The notes below the pieces were generated by a model, which worked only from the letters and a program-made list of their open reading frames with translations, was not told the origin of the DNA and searched no databases. 64,000 bases of DNA from Catajapyx aquilonaris. Its lineage: Eukaryota. The DNA lies in assembly GCA_000934665.2 (NCBI GenBank), contig KZ538224.1:62001-126000 (forward strand), written 5' to 3'. A program made the translations under genes and the position numbers. Of this stretch, positions 37,860 to 51,552 are shown one piece after another (position 1 is the stretch's first letter; each line of letters opens with the position of its first letter).

Positions 37860-39900
37860 ATTATACCGATATTCATATAATTTTTCAACCTTTAGGAAAA
37901 CACACCCAATAATTTTTTTAAAAAACAATAATTTAATATGAAATCCTGCAGCCTGTCCAGGGAGTGGCCTGGCTACGTTTGTTAATTTGTTTTAAAATTA
38001 TGCAATTTTAATGGCGCCGGTTTTCTACCTGCAATATGTGCCGGAGTGCTGAAGCCTGTTGGATTAACTAGTAGCTATTAGTGCAAATTCGCCTCGAATT
38101 TTAATGCCCGGGTTCCCGATATTGGCTTATAATTCGAAACTACTGAGGTCACTTTGCCATTTAATCCGGTAATAAAATTATATTTAATCCTTCATAAATG
38201 TGAGTAATACCGAACATTTTAAATAATCCGCGCGCATTAAAGCCTTCGGTGTGCTTGTCGCTTGGATCCCTGGAGCATTCAGGTTTGCCAAGTTTTAGTC
38301 TGTTTCTGAATGCTGGTTTTGCAGTAAATGTAGTTATGTGACTCGCAAATAATTCAGTGCAGCAAGCCATTTAAACGGGTATTAGTAAACCGGGTCCGAT
38401 CCAGACCCAGTCCACTATTTATCAACCACGGAAGCACATTTCAACTGCATGCGAATGTGGAGAAATTGCGTCGGAATTTCTGCGCGCGTGTGTACATGGG
38501 GAGTCGCCGACGTGTAAATAATTACGCGATTTAAAGCACGTGCATTACTCGCACGAGCATAACAGCAACGGAACCATTATCAGCCCATGCATGAAGTTTC
38601 CGCTGTCAGAAAGAGGGGGTGGTATATTGATTCGTACACACGCCTCCATATACCCCTCCCAGCCATATAGCAGACCTTTCAAAAGCTATGACGTTTTAAT
38701 TTTCTTTTCATACACCCAAGTTGCTCCTCCCTTGCATTAATATTTCCATTTCCGGTGTTGTCGAGGGACTGGGATGGTGCAGAGGGGGACACACGACCAG
38801 GCGAGGGGAGATCACGACAGATTCGGCGGCTCCCAGAGGAAAGTACGTGCGTGTCCCGGCGACAGGACAGACATAAATCACTCATTGTCGTGTTGGGGGG
38901 TATATATATACCAGAGGCGGGTACGCCTGGCTTTATTGGAAGGTGGGGGAGGACAGAGATGTGTGCTGGGGATACACAGGGTGATGCCATGAGTCAGTTA
39001 GACACGTTATACTGACGTTAGCTGTCATGCTGGGCGAGGACGAAACGGAATTGGTCACGAAAAGGAACTGTCGCAATTTAATTTTGCCGATTGCTTCAAG
39101 GCCATTTGATTATTTCGTACATCCTAGTTCACTCTTCACTTAGAAAATTAGCAAAAGATCACATCACATTACTTTGAACATATTTGATGAAAATGTGCAT
39201 AGTACTGTGAAGAGTGTGAACAAAGAGTTAAAGGCAAAGCAAGGGTGAAAATCATGCAATTTCAGGGTTCGAATGTTAAAATTTTTTGACCAGGTGCAAA
39301 GTTTCCACTTCAGTCTTACATCTTAAGTGCTTATTATTTAATCGCCATGCTTAATTTTTAAATACTGGGTTTAGCCATGGTAAGAAACAGGACCATCTGG
39401 AGTGCAGACTTTGTATACTCCAAGGCTAAGTTTGGGGTGCATTTCACATTTGCATCCGAATTTTTGTGAACATGAGCCGCAGAGATGGGATCTTTTACAA
39501 CTGATTTTTATAGCACTTGTATGCTATGTAATACGCCATTTTGTTTGAAAATGTGCAAAAGAGTGTCAATTTTATCATGATTTGATGAATCACACCGTAT
39601 CATCATCTGGATAGACAAAAAATGGGTCCATCTGTGGATGGGGCGTGGTGCGTCAAGACTCTGCCTACGCACGGGTCCTTCTCCGGCCTCATCAATCTCG
39701 CCTGGTGCACGCACACCTGTCATATTCAAGTAAGCTGGAGAGACATTAGTGACGCGCCTGATGAGCAGCTCTATTATTTAGGCTAATTCCACCATTGTTC
39801 AGGCCTCTTGAGGGACGCGCCCGACACGGATGACTCAACTACGATTTCTGGCTCGTGTCACAGACACACTTACATTACTCTTGGACACCTTCGAGAGAGA

Positions 39901-39981
39901 AACTGTTGCCAGGTAGTACCATATACCTCACATAGATGCCCTGGACAAACAGAGTCACACCAAAGCCCATTCTACATAAGA
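39901..39981 (-). mobile_element. Helitron-like family A, internally deleted copy
   Basis: Minus strand: TCTTATGTAGAATGG...gtgactctgtttgtccagggcatctatgtgag...ggtactac. Confidence 0.7.
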
Positions 39982-41733
39982 CAGATGGCCGAGCTCTCTC
40001 CTTCGTACTGATCCACCAAGAGCACATCTTCAAACATAATTGATGACTTCGGACTCATCCCAATCGTTCAAGTTAGATCCAATGGTCCAAAAGTGGAGGG
40101 TTGAAATAAGACTGGGTTTACCAAACGGTCATGAATCTCAATGTAAAGTCCGTTCCCCCCACCCCAAAACTAACCGAGGCTTTAGGAGGGCCTAATGTCA
40201 CCTTTTTTGGAAGTTTCTCGATCGGAGGAATGAAAGACTCTTCCCAAGGGTGACGTAAAACTGTGAAGGGGGAAGCGTATGAAGCCTGAGGTCATGTGCG
40301 TCCTCGTAAAGTATAGCCCGGATTCACAACGTTCGATGCATTACTCCCCTTACGAGAGAGGGAGGGAGTGTTAGCACACGCAAAGTGGCTCGAATAAACC
40401 CCTTTCCCGAAGCATTACATCACGCGGTTCATGTCGATACTCCTGATGCAATAATTACCTTCCGGAGCCTCATTTTGAGGTCAGGATTTTTTGCACGCAG
40501 AAAAAATTACAGGAGGGATTTTGCACAGCATGTATCATGGGGCGTAATGAAACAAGAAATTAATTATGATTTTATCCCTCTCCGAAAAAGGACTGTAAAC
40601 TAGGGTCCACATGCTAAAGCCTAGCTCTCTTCGAATCTAGGGAGTATGAAACGTGATAATGACCGACATTCTCTTTTTCTACGATATATTTATTATATCA
40701 TACATCACACCTTTATGAGCGATACTAAATGGACGTGGGCCGTTAAAAGGCGCTGTTAAGAACGGTTATGGCACCCCTTTTCTCTCTCTCTACACCCTAG
40801 AAAAGTGTAAAAACTGCTGCTGGGTAGGGATAGATATGCCTTTTGATGTTGCAGGTATAATAATGTCGACCACTAACCCAGTCTCATCGACTTGCGTTAA
40901 TAAAGATTGCAATCCTACCCAGCTGCAGGGTCATGCACTCAAATCTAGATTAGTTCAAGTCTATGGTTGCTCTTACTATTCCCATGTCTGTCATGTCACG
41001 GACTCTAGAGTATGCAATTAAGTTCTTGCCGTTTGGCAGTTACGTCCAGGTTTATGGCTAAAAGACGTATGGCCGAGATATACAGCATTCTTCATAGGTA
41101 GCTAGTAAGATATTCGCCACTGTAAACATGACAAGATGCGTGAGAGTGCATTTGAGCGCACATAGCGTGCAAATTGAGTTATGAAGAAATCTGCAGAAAA
41201 TTGTATGAATTTAGAAAAATATATTTAGTCGAATATCGTGTCTATGAGCGGACAAATTTTAGCAAAAAATTAGCAAAATGTTGTCATTGCTGTGAGAGGT
41301 TTTTGCTCCTTTATGTTTTCCTACACACATACTTTATCCTCGTTGGGTTTCTCTGCTGGCACCCTCCGTTCATCCGGTATGCGGCCTCCCCCTAAAGTGT
41401 GCATATTTGGCGAAAGGTGCTCACAAACACCGTTGAATGAGGAATCCTCTCCCGTATTGCATTCCGAGGAGGTGGCTTGGGAAGCGCGGTTGTAAAATTC
41501 CAATAGCGTTACATCCGCATGACATTCCACGGCTTGTTTCCGGCATTTCCTTGCCGGAGTCGCGCATTCCCCCCGCAGGAAAAAGTATATCGCTCAATCA
41601 AGACATTTTGGGAAGAAAGAAAAATGACGCGGATATATCCGAAAAGTTGCCGCCATCTTGAAATCAAGCGGCGGCCATGACACTTTAGGGAAAACCCGGA
41701 AAATAACTGTCATTTTACAATATTCAGACTCAC

Positions 41734-41965
41734 CTCTTTGCCGTCAAATCGTCTGTATGTTCTCCATCCTGAGAGGCCTCCTCTCATGTACTCCAAAGTG
41801 TATTCCTCGGCGTACTCTTGACCTCTGCCCCGGTCGTACCTGCCCTGCGTCTGGATCGCGGTCAGAAGATGCGGGCTGCCCATGTCAATCTGGAGCCATT
41901 CGTGTATGCCCCTTTCTATAGGAGGTCGAGGACACCATCCTCCGCCGCTAGCCTCGTTCCGAAGC
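41734..41965 (-). CDS. Ddr: DDR exon (232 nt), discoidin domain core: LRNEASGGGWCP...TQGRYDRGRGQEYAEEY...RFDGKE
   Basis: Acceptor ttttctag|G, donor GAG|gtgagt. Lies within ORF 41710..42006. WCP, WLQID and TQGR discoidin motifs present. Confidence 0.96.
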
Positions 41966-44900
41966 CTAGAAAACACAAATGAAAGAAATAGAATAATTTC
42001 CACCATAAGAAATGAAGTTGTTCCAATTTCAAACCATCATAACTCAATCTATAAAGTTGTTGTGACTTTGACCCCGATGTGTCAGTACACGGATTCAACA
42101 TTATACTGTGTAACTTATGGACTAAGAAGTTTGTCAGCTTGGTTAAGAAACACCCCCCTAGTAAAAGCCATTTATACTGCACTTTCTTGATAGCCTTGCA
42201 CAATCGCTTAAGTGGGTGGATTTCTGGGATTACTTTGGCGATTGCGAAGGGCTATCAAGAAAGTAAATGGACTGTACAAGTCGGAAGCCAGCGATTTTAA
42301 AGCAGGCCGCCCTGGAAATGTTTACCCCCGCAGGCCCAAAAGGGTGTGCTGAGGCTTGCACATCACACTAAAATTAAATTTTACCGGCGGCTGGGAACAT
42401 GCAGGATGTTTTGACGCTGTTTTGGACGCGAATTTCTGTATTAAAAAACAACCTATTTTTGTTGCATGTGTAGGTAGGATGTGTGTGAAAAGCCGCTCAC
42501 AATAATTGCTGTGGCGTAATTCACACGTGGCATATTTTTTCCTGCACTAATCTTTCAAAATTACGCCCAATTATTAATTGAAGCTTTGATATGGAAACGG
42601 GCGTAAGTCACAAGGAGAAAATATGCCACAATGGGGAAAACGTAGCCTACATCTAAATGTTAAACTCACTGCTTTCACTTTGACTTTTCATGACTTTGTG
42701 TAACAAATCCAACAATAAGAAATCTTTTGTGTAATGAAATATACTTCACGGTGTTCTCCATATCGGTTTTTTTGCCTGTCCCTTGTAAGATTCTTATTTG
42801 CGACTTACGCCATTTCCCATGTGAACGCCTCAACTACAGTATTATAATAATTATCACGATTAATGCCATGAAAAGAAAGCAGAGTTTTGTTGACTTGAAA
42901 TTGAAGCTTTACAGACGCTTCGTCTTTCCACTGGATCAAATTTCGCCGCTATTATATTTAAAAGCGCCGACCTTTCACAGCTCAGTTTCACCTCTAATTA
43001 AAACCTGTTTGTGCTGCAGAAAAGCATATAGTGAGGCAGGGCATGGTCGAATTTGTTGGCAGCAAAAGGAGGTGACTTTCTTTGGGGGGGGGAAGTGTTT
43101 CTCCTTTCGGAAAATACCAGTTCACATTAAAGCTAAGTTACAGTTCCTGTTAAATTCCAGGGCTGGGAGTTGAAATTTCCCCGAATCCTCGTAGAAGGAG
43201 AAACGGAGGGCGAATTAACTCCATTGCTCTCGGTTGTTTCCGGAGCGTTGGAGAGTATACGGGGTAGATATCAAGAGAGACCTGAGAGTTGAACCCGGAT
43301 CGGAAGGTTTGTCACGCTTTGAGAACGTAACGCTGCCTAACCCTTAACGGACAAGACCAGACATTTTCTCAAAGTTAAAAAAGAAAAGAAAAACCCAACA
43401 CTGGTTTATTTAAGCTCGTGCCCATTTTGGGCCGAGTTATCCCGAACTTTTCTTTTGAGAGCCTCCTTTTTTGTTACGGAGTGTTTGGACTTGGTATTAG
43501 GGGGACGGTCCTACAGTATTGCGACCAAAAAAAAAGTTGCGCAAGAGTGTGAAGTTCGATAAGGAAATGGTTTGTGAACTTTTTATGGGGCCGTTGTAAA
43601 GCTAATGATAGGACGGGAAGCCTTTTATATTCTTGGCGCTTGCTGAAACGTCACGAGATATTCTTTCTTGAATATTAATCCGAAAATTACTGCCCCGGGC
43701 ATAAAGTAATATTTAGGGCCGGATGATACTCGCAAACTCAAGTCTACCGGGTGATCAGTAAGTTCTTCAACATTGTATGGATGCTCAATAAAATCTAATC
43801 TGCTGTAATACCGAATCTACTGTACAGAGTGTAAGTAAGTTGAAATATATTCATTAGCGAATAAATAAATAACAAGCAAATATTATAAGTAACGATAAAT
43901 AAACACGGAGTTACCACTGCGAATTTCTGATGATAACTGCATTTTGGAAGTTCGCAGCTCGTCATTGTTAAAATGGGACGACAGTGAATCAAGTACAGTA
44001 ATTCCAATTAGTAGGAGTCAGAACGTTGCTGATAATTCGCCGGATTGCGTCCCATTTGTTTTGCAAAATAAATAGTGTTGCAATCCATCTATAGGAAGTG
44101 TAGTCGAGGATTTTCGCAGAGGAAAAAAAAGGGGAAAACGACATCCACCAGTTCAGTGCGTCTCTTCCCTTCTAAACTCCGATGGGCTTAAAAAGTAATT
44201 TCTTCCAAAAATTATTAGCCTCCACGGTAATTAAAGTAGGTGTTGTAGCGGAAGAAAAGAAGCCTTTATGGGCTGGATTTACGATCTCATAAAACGTTTA
44301 CTGAAAACTTTCCATCCAGATTCTCACCGCAGATTTGGGAACTAAGTTAACACCATCGAAAGGAAACGGGTCTCGCGGTGAAAACAGGCATTAAATTTCA
44401 CCTTTTACCTATCCCCCCCCCCCCTCCTCTCAATGGTGAAAAAGGGAGACTTTCTTGGAACTAGACCTCTTTTTATAAGATCGGCAAAGTTTGGTGGTCT
44501 CTTTTGTCTTGTTAATCCCAGGCACGACTAAGAAACGCCACTTAAGTTTCCTCCAGAGCTCCTTACAAGGCGACGCTTCCTATAGTCATTGGGCGAATGT
44601 TATTTACAGGCGGTCTCTGGTATACAGTCGGAATTGGTGGGAAGGAGGAGGGAGGGAGGGAGGGGAAAATTTACGGTATGTGGTTTGTTTCCACAAAGTT
44701 AAGCGGCCTGGGAGTATGAAGTCTAAACCCATTATAATCGCAAACTATTCAAGGACCAAGAGTTTCGGGGATGTCGCGTTTTGTATTCAATGTTCCTATG
44801 TCATGCTATACCATCTAACGAGCATGGGAAAACAGGGCTTTGTTTTAATTCACTTGTTTCGCTCAGCTAGTTGCATGTAGTAGCTACCCCTCGCACGAAC

Positions 44901-45120
44901 CTGAGAGTGGCAATAATGCGCCATGTACTGGGTGGGGGCAAAAGTCATGGGCTGGTTTAAACGACGCGGCATGGCGTAAGTAACGAACGATTATATTTTT
45001 TAAAAATTACACTACGCAGAGAAAGATATGCCATTTATGGATCAAGGTCCAAAAAATTCACTTCTTGAAAACAACACCGGATAGATGCGGACCCTGTAGA
45101 AGTGTACTGTAGATGAATAA

Positions 45121-45403
45121 TTTTTTACGAGCCTAACCCAGTGCGCAGTCGCGCAGCTATATTGTTCTGACAACAACGTTTGCCAGAGTTACCCTATGGG
45201 CCAAAAAAATTATTCACACTCGTAGTCTTTGAGGTTCGTTCCAAAGGTTTGACAACGTCGCGAACGTTTGTTCTCCCCAAGCGTAGCATTGGAAATAAGT
45301 GCATCGCTTGTTTACAAGTACAGAGAGCGTACGAGCGATCATTGATAATGCCAACCGTGCATGCTGCGCGAACTGTGGTACGCACTCGGTTGCTCTCGTA
45401 AAA
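45121..45403 (+). mobile_element. Family C MITE
   Basis: ttttacgagcctaacccagtgcgca ... cgcactcggttgctctcgtaaaa TIRs, plus shared internal blocks. Confidence 0.8.
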
Positions 45404-47059
45404 CGAAATGCCTGGGAGAGAAGAAGCGGTTGCACAAATCAAGCATGAGTTTACACCCGCAAAGTTGGCCTAACACCCTCGCATTACCCGCGACGAGTTA
45501 TTCAACCCCCTCGATAGAAATAATCGAATGGAAGCACCCGCAGAAGCAATTTCATTTTGGGGGGGAGGAGGCCGCATGTAACACTCGTTATCTCCTCCTC
45601 CGCTGCTGCTGGGGGAAAAAGTCCGCTCCAGCCTTTTTCGTCATATATACTTTTCAGCGGAGGTGTGAGTCGGGAGCCAGAAATAATAGCAAGAGAGGGA
45701 TGGATTAATTATGTAAAAGAAGCAGGGGGTCTCACGTAGATGCTCGGGGTCTTTATGAAGGTTGGGGGGGTCATTAAGTTCATTACAAGCCGGGGGAGAA
45801 AATATCGATTCGAATGAGGTCTCGTTGCATTTAGTCCAGCACACACACAGAGAGTCTGAGCAGGGGAGGAAAAAATAGAGCCTTTCTGGGCACATTTTTG
45901 GTCCCCTACTTTTCTATTCATGGAACTCGTGTGTAGCGTGGGTGGTAGTGTAAAGAGGTTTTCGGCTATTCATAAGCACCCGCATGAACTAATGTAGTCG
46001 GGATGATATTAGATTGATACCATCCATGTGACAGCTCGTCATTGAAGCCACGAGCTCCATCATCATACTATGATACAGAAGTATATCTGTATTTATAGTG
46101 TGAAAAGCTGCCAAAACCATCATCACTAAATCACATTGTTCGCGCGACACTGTTAAGTTAAACAGAAGTTTTTACAAATTGCGTTTATGCCCATGCTCAC
46201 CAACAATACTGGCAGCATGGCTAACCGGCGGGTTAGTTACCAGTTTGTTAGTTGTTAGTTTCTGATGCCATTATCACCCACTAATTAGCCAGTTAGTTCA
46301 GGCCTGTTGACACATTGTTGGTGCGAATGGGAACAAGCATTCAGTGTAACAATGAGATGCATTGCGGCGTGTTGGGTCAAACTATATGGCCTTTGAATCC
46401 CCCAGTTCGATTCCTTGTGGGAAGAGTTCTCTACGTGCATGTGCGAATTTCTCGGGGATTCCTCCACTTTTAAAGTCAACATTATTGAATGCTTTTGCTG
46501 AATAAGACGCTAAATTTTTGTGTCTATCGCGCCAGCCAATTATGCCTCCCAATTTCTCCAGCCATGAAATGCCGGGAGTATTTCCCCTTCTCTGCTTTTA
46601 TCCGGGCATTAAAGTGGCTTAAGCCATGCAAAGAAGAGCCCGACGGCATGGCCTGTAAGCTGCAGCTGACGACCGATCGTACCCGCCATCCTGGATGTCA
46701 GCGGGTTTAAAAGTCAACCCCCCGCCCTCCCCCTTCTCTCTCTCTCTCTCTCTCTCTCTGCCTCCCTCCCACAAGCCCCCCTCAATCTCTCCCCACTTCT
46801 CTCTCCGAACTACACTTATATCGATTCGTTTCCAGGTGGAAAATGCCTATAGAGCCATACACGAGCCCCCCCAAGGATTATCTCGCCACCCTCTTCAAAG
46901 CGACGCCGATTTTGATCGTTAATCCTCCAACCCTCCCTACCCTCTGCATGATTCCGTGATATTCCGACCGAAATCATATTTTCGGACACGCAACAAGGCC
47001 TACATTGCAATAATATTATTTATCCAATTAATAAAACCATTACAATAAACTGCACGGGC

Positions 47060-47400
47060 CCTAAACTGTCCACGTAGTACCTTTCCTCTCACATAGATGG
47101 CGCACACGACTTCTCAGCACACTACTGCCACTATCAGGGTCTTACGAAGGGTTGTGGTACTACATGCACCTATAGATGATGACTCACCGCGAACAGCTGC
47201 ACACACTCAAACCAATTCTGTATACACTATATACGAGAGTAAAACCGTTGCCAAAATGTGGAAACACTGCTCTGTTTGTCTAACACGTGCATTAATAACC
47301 AGGTGGCGCACAGGCTCGTTGCACGATACTGCCACTCGCAGGGGGAAAGAAGCGCTACATGCACGTTGGTGATGAGTCACCGTGGACATAGTCTACTCAA
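47060..47400 (-). mobile_element. Two head-to-tail Helitron-like family A copies (about 47060-47238 and 47239-47400)
   Basis: Each has the (t/c)ag(a/g)tggcgca, tactgccact, tacatgcac and gatga(c/g)tcaccg blocks in the same order. Confidence 0.75.
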
Positions 47401-47974
47401 TTTTATAAGTTACGATGATTTACCATTTCATTTACTTTTTTTTTCAATGAATTAATAGTACAGTGCTTTCGTCGAGTACTGATAATTAGATTAGCAACAG
47501 GGTGTTTTATCATACCATGCTCACCCCCTTTTTATTGCATCCACATGCAACGTGGGAGGTTCATTCGGACGGATATGACTCGAGCAAAGTATGACCGTGC
47601 GACCTTCCTAAGTGAGTGACGTGTAATGCCTGCAAAAGCCCCCTCGGGGTTATGTCCATCATTACCGGTTTTCCAGTCGTCGAGGGGCATTTCCCTCTGC
47701 CCAAAATTTTCGGAGCGAAAGAGAGTCGTGGGGGGAGGGGGGGGGAGGAGGAAACAACATGCCAAGGCTTTATTATTGCCCTCGGCTTGATAGTCCCCAG
47801 ATTTATTAGAATGCCGCAATAGTGTGCATGTACCCCGGTTTCTCCCCCTACCCCAAGTCCACTCTCTCATGGATATGTTATCTCCGCCTCCATAAACCGA
47901 AACGGAAGGAAATAAGTGCAGTTCCAGCCAGTGGGAGAGCAAAAGCCAGGATTTGTGTGGGAGTAACACGCCTA

Positions 47975-48355
47975 CTGTGGTCGTAGTACCACATATCTCA
48001 CATAGATGGTGCACGCCCCCCTCTACAATTTTTAAAGGGACGCAACCGAGTACGCACCCACACTCGCGCAGCTTTGCTGTTGTGACTTGCGTCGTTGCCA
48101 GAGTTACTCCCAGGGAATAATTCACTTAGGTTCGTTCCAGAGCATTGGCAACGTCGCAAATGTCAGCCATATTGTTCCCCATGCCTAGCGTTGGAAATAA
48201 GTGCAGAGCTTCTTTACCAGTATACCCACCATACAGATAGCTCACTAGCTATCATTGAAAATGCCAACCTTGCATGATGCTGCGCGAACTTTGATACACA
48301 CTCGTTATTCACCTATAAAGGCTCACCGCAGACAAACAGAGCCACAGACCCAAAC
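47975..48355 (-). mobile_element. Family A copy interrupted by a family C MITE (about 48029-48319, + orientation)
   Basis: cgtagtacc...catagatggtgcac before the insert and ctcaccgcagacaaacagagccacagaccca after it; the insert begins cgcaaccgagtacgcacccacactcgcgcagc. Confidence 0.75.
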
Positions 48356-49061
48356 GTGGGCTGGTCGTCCCACCTCTTGATGTTTTAAATCAATCGTCGC
48401 TGGATGTTGAAATCTGCGAATTACACGCTTAATATAATCGGTGCCTCAATAATTACCTGCGTACACGGTCTGATTACACTCGGTGTCCGTTCAACGGTGG
48501 TGATGGAGGAAGGGGGAGGGATGGTTGGTGGTGGGGGGAGTGTGTCCGTGAGCATAAGTTGACAGGTTGGCTATTCGGCATTTGCAGCATACCCCCGCCT
48601 GTAATCTACAAAGCAGGAAGAGTGCGTGTGACGTTAATGGCCTATTAAATACTCCCCCCTCCCCTCCCCTCCCCAACTCTCTATATGCATTTTGGGACCA
48701 TCGTCGGACCCGGGGGCCAGCCTGGTCACGTGCATATTTCAGCAGTTCCATCCAGTCGCACACTCCCATCATGGGCCAGGCCTTGATCGCATGCTCCTCA
48801 CAAACACACTTCCTGAATTGCTTAGCTCTGTCCATAAACTCTCTCCAACCGTTGCTGGATTGGGCTGCACGCGCAGAGCATCCGTCGCTTTTCCAGGGGG
48901 TCTCTGCACCTGTTCGTCTTTTTGGCTGCTTTCTTTTTGTGTTTGGAGAGAGAGGAGCACCTGTAGGTCTAGCTATGATTCGAGGCTATGTTGTAGTCGA
49001 CCGAAGAGCTATACAGTCATCTCACGAGAAAGAAAAATGTGGATAAAGTTCTTTTTCTCCC

Positions 49062-49210
49062 CTCAATATGAAGAACTGGCTAGGGTCTGTGTCTCAGTTT
49101 GTCCGCGGTGAGTCATCAGTAGAGCCATCTATGTCAGACATATGGTAGCCTTCTACGTCCACAATGAGGGGAATGGCAGTGTTGCCAAGTTTTGCGGCAA
49201 GGGATTACTC
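49062..49210 (+). mobile_element. Helitron-like family A, internally deleted copy
   Basis: gaactggctagggtctg...gtttgtccgcggtgagtcatca...gccatctatgt...cagtgttgccaagttttg. Confidence 0.72.
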
Positions 49211-51449
49211 TTGTTACATATAGTTTGCAGTAAAACTTAAAATAATTAGATTGTTACAAAATGGTTAAGATTATTAGGTAATAAGTGTCAATTACTGTCA
49301 TGGGTTTTTTTCTCCGCAGATTATTTTCTGGGCCTACTACGCATCCAAGAAGCATGTGGGCAACAGGTACGTGTCGAGTGTCCACTAATCAGTTTACTGT
49401 GACCCGTAACCAACTTTTTAACGAGTAGATTCGAATTCGACCTTTTGACTCCCACATGTGGTAATCCAACCTATCAACCTGGAGTTTTTTTGGGTGGGTG
49501 GGGGAATGAATTGTTACTGAACTAACTGAGCGAGGGAATAAGTGGCATCTCCTATTCAAAACTGCAGGTGGCCTCTGGTTACCCAATTCAAAATGCTGAC
49601 ATGACACCTGATGGAATTGAACACCAAAAATTGTCAAAACTCTGGCTTGTTCTCTTGAAACACATGGTTTTAGGTTTCCTATGCATTTGGTATTTTTTTA
49701 AACCTTTTCTTAGGAAGTAATCAAGGACTTGCCAAACCTGATAATTAAACATTGACTGCGTTAACTGATATGAGACAGGGCATATTTAACTACATCCCTC
49801 GCATTACCTGAGGTCGTACCGATATGTTTATGATCATAACATTTGCTCTTATGCATATTTTGCAATTATGCCGTAAGCCTACTATGCTTGCGCAGCATTA
49901 CGTATGCATAAGAGCATACTAATAACTTATACTCTAAAGCAATACAGCTTTATTATGCCAGATGAGCACACAGTAAAGGAATAACACAGCAACATTCCAA
50001 TGAGCTATAGATTTACTTATAATTTCAAAAACGAATGGCCTCGTTTTGAACTATAGTCTACTGAATTGCTGCTCAGAAAAATCGGCTGCATATTTCCGCA
50101 AGTTTTTCGCAAGTAAATTTAGTATCCATGTTAGCAGTTTCGCAAATATACCGCTCGCCAGGGATGATTGGCTCGAACACTGCCAAAAAAATTTCAGCAA
50201 GTAGGTCGAAGACAACCCTGGGAAAAAGGGGGCACTAGGGAAGGATTCTGATTCAGGCCCATGAAAAAAACTGGATACCGCTGTTTTATGGTTAGGAATA
50301 TAAAAAAACCCTAGGCATAAATCCCGTTTTGCAACACAACCTGGACCTCCAAGCCAAGCATATCCAGGTTCCCGAGGACTAATGCAGAGAAAAGATGTGT
50401 TTTGTTGTTTGCGAAAGAAGAAAGCTTTCTTCGCGGACACACAGTGTCTCCTGGAATTGCCCTCAGGACTCCTTTTGTGACTCGCACAGCGTATGCGTGC
50501 AATGCCAGTTGTTTTATTGCACTGGAAGAAAAGTCCCCGGTTGTTGCTTTTTCCTCTCTTTTCCGCATGCTTGAAAATGCTTCTGCAATCTTTCTTGGAC
50601 CGCACCCGCGAGCAAAAAAGGTGTTTGAACTTCAAAGACTACACAGGTATACACACACACCCACACACACGTCTCTTTATGGTAAAGAGTTTGTCGGGCG
50701 ACAACATTGACGTTTTGAGGCGACATTTTGTCGTCTTTTCGACTCCGCCATAGCAAAAGGGGGACGGGAGAGGGAAATTTTTGCGGTCGCTTTGTTCCCT
50801 GCGAAATTTCACAGGCATAGTTTCGCAGGCTTGAAATGTGACCCATGTGAATGGTGCGGCTAGGAGTTATTAGGTTAGGAGTTCATAAGACCCTATAACA
50901 CCAAAAATTATACTGATTCCGTGAAGCAAAAAAGAACAACGGTAAATGTAGTGTTTTTGGTGCATTACGTGCAGTTGATTCCCTGTTTTAAATGGGAATT
51001 TAAATGTGTAGGAAGCCATGCGTCACGGAACCGCCTCTGACAAAAACCTACAACGAGAGACAGAAAAAAAACCGTGCTTTGTATCCGTGGATAACCGGTA
51101 TATGAAGCTTATCACCACGCCTAATTAACCGCGTTTCACAGGCAAAAATCGCGTGCCGTCGACTTCCAAGGCTATATTTAGCTAGATCATTTCGGCGACC
51201 ATAGTAATGAAACCAATCAGTTAGCTCTAATTATAGCTCCATCGCTATTTGGAACGCACTCGCAGTGTAATCTTGTACCAAGGATGCGAAATATGAGTAA
51301 TTACTGATGCCAAAAGGTGTGTCATAACATCACAGACATTCGCTGAAAATGAATTTTTCCATATTATTTTTAAAAAGAATACTCATTGCAACCAGGTGAC
51401 ATGAATTAGTTCAGATCAACTTGTTACGTCTGAATCACATGTAACTCAC

Positions 51450-51552
51450 CTTCCGTTGTGAGGTCCCACATTTGGCACGTAGGAAGAGCTGGCTGAAATG
51501 GCTGAATCTGGAATGGCGCCGCTTTCCAAGCCCATAGGCCCGTTGCAGGAGC
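51450..51552 (-). CDS. Ddr: DDR exon (103 nt), start of discoidin domain: (G)SCNGPMGLESGAIPDSAISASSSYVPNVGPHNG(R)
   Basis: Acceptor ctttcgcag|GC, donor GGAAG|gtgagt. Matches the F5/8C N-terminal motif C-x2-P-[LM]-G-[LM]-E-S-G-x-I-P-D-x2-I-x-A-S-S. The frame differs from listed ORF 51424..51612. Confidence 0.93.

Larger units (their letters stand above)
1..51552 (-). other. Ddr: Partial discoidin domain receptor (DDR-family receptor tyrosine kinase) gene: 8 coding exons, 1249 coding nt in window, ectodomain plus TM
   Basis: Manual splicing of 8 GT-AG exons with compatible phases (1,2,0,1,1,0,1,1) gives an uninterrupted peptide: SCNGPMGLESGAIPDSAISASSSY...GGGWCP...EWLQID...TQGRYDRGRGQEYAEEY...TVCIRVEILGC...DSSYDG...GGLGLLADG...GWVAWKN...FEFEEIRNF...WIMISEVYFDS...TM-RRRK. 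These are hallmark DDR motifs (recalled family knowledge). Kinase and signal-peptide exons are not seen. Confidence 0.95.

Noticed and set aside
40790..41012. Possible CAC-ended element with internal inverted gctgggtagg/cctacccagc
   Set aside because: Termini are too degenerate and only a 10-bp inverted match supports it.
47532..50635. ORFs of 197 aa (47532..48125) and 194 aa (50051..50635)
   Set aside because: The first runs through family A and C repeats; neither shows known motifs. Both lie within a DDR intron.
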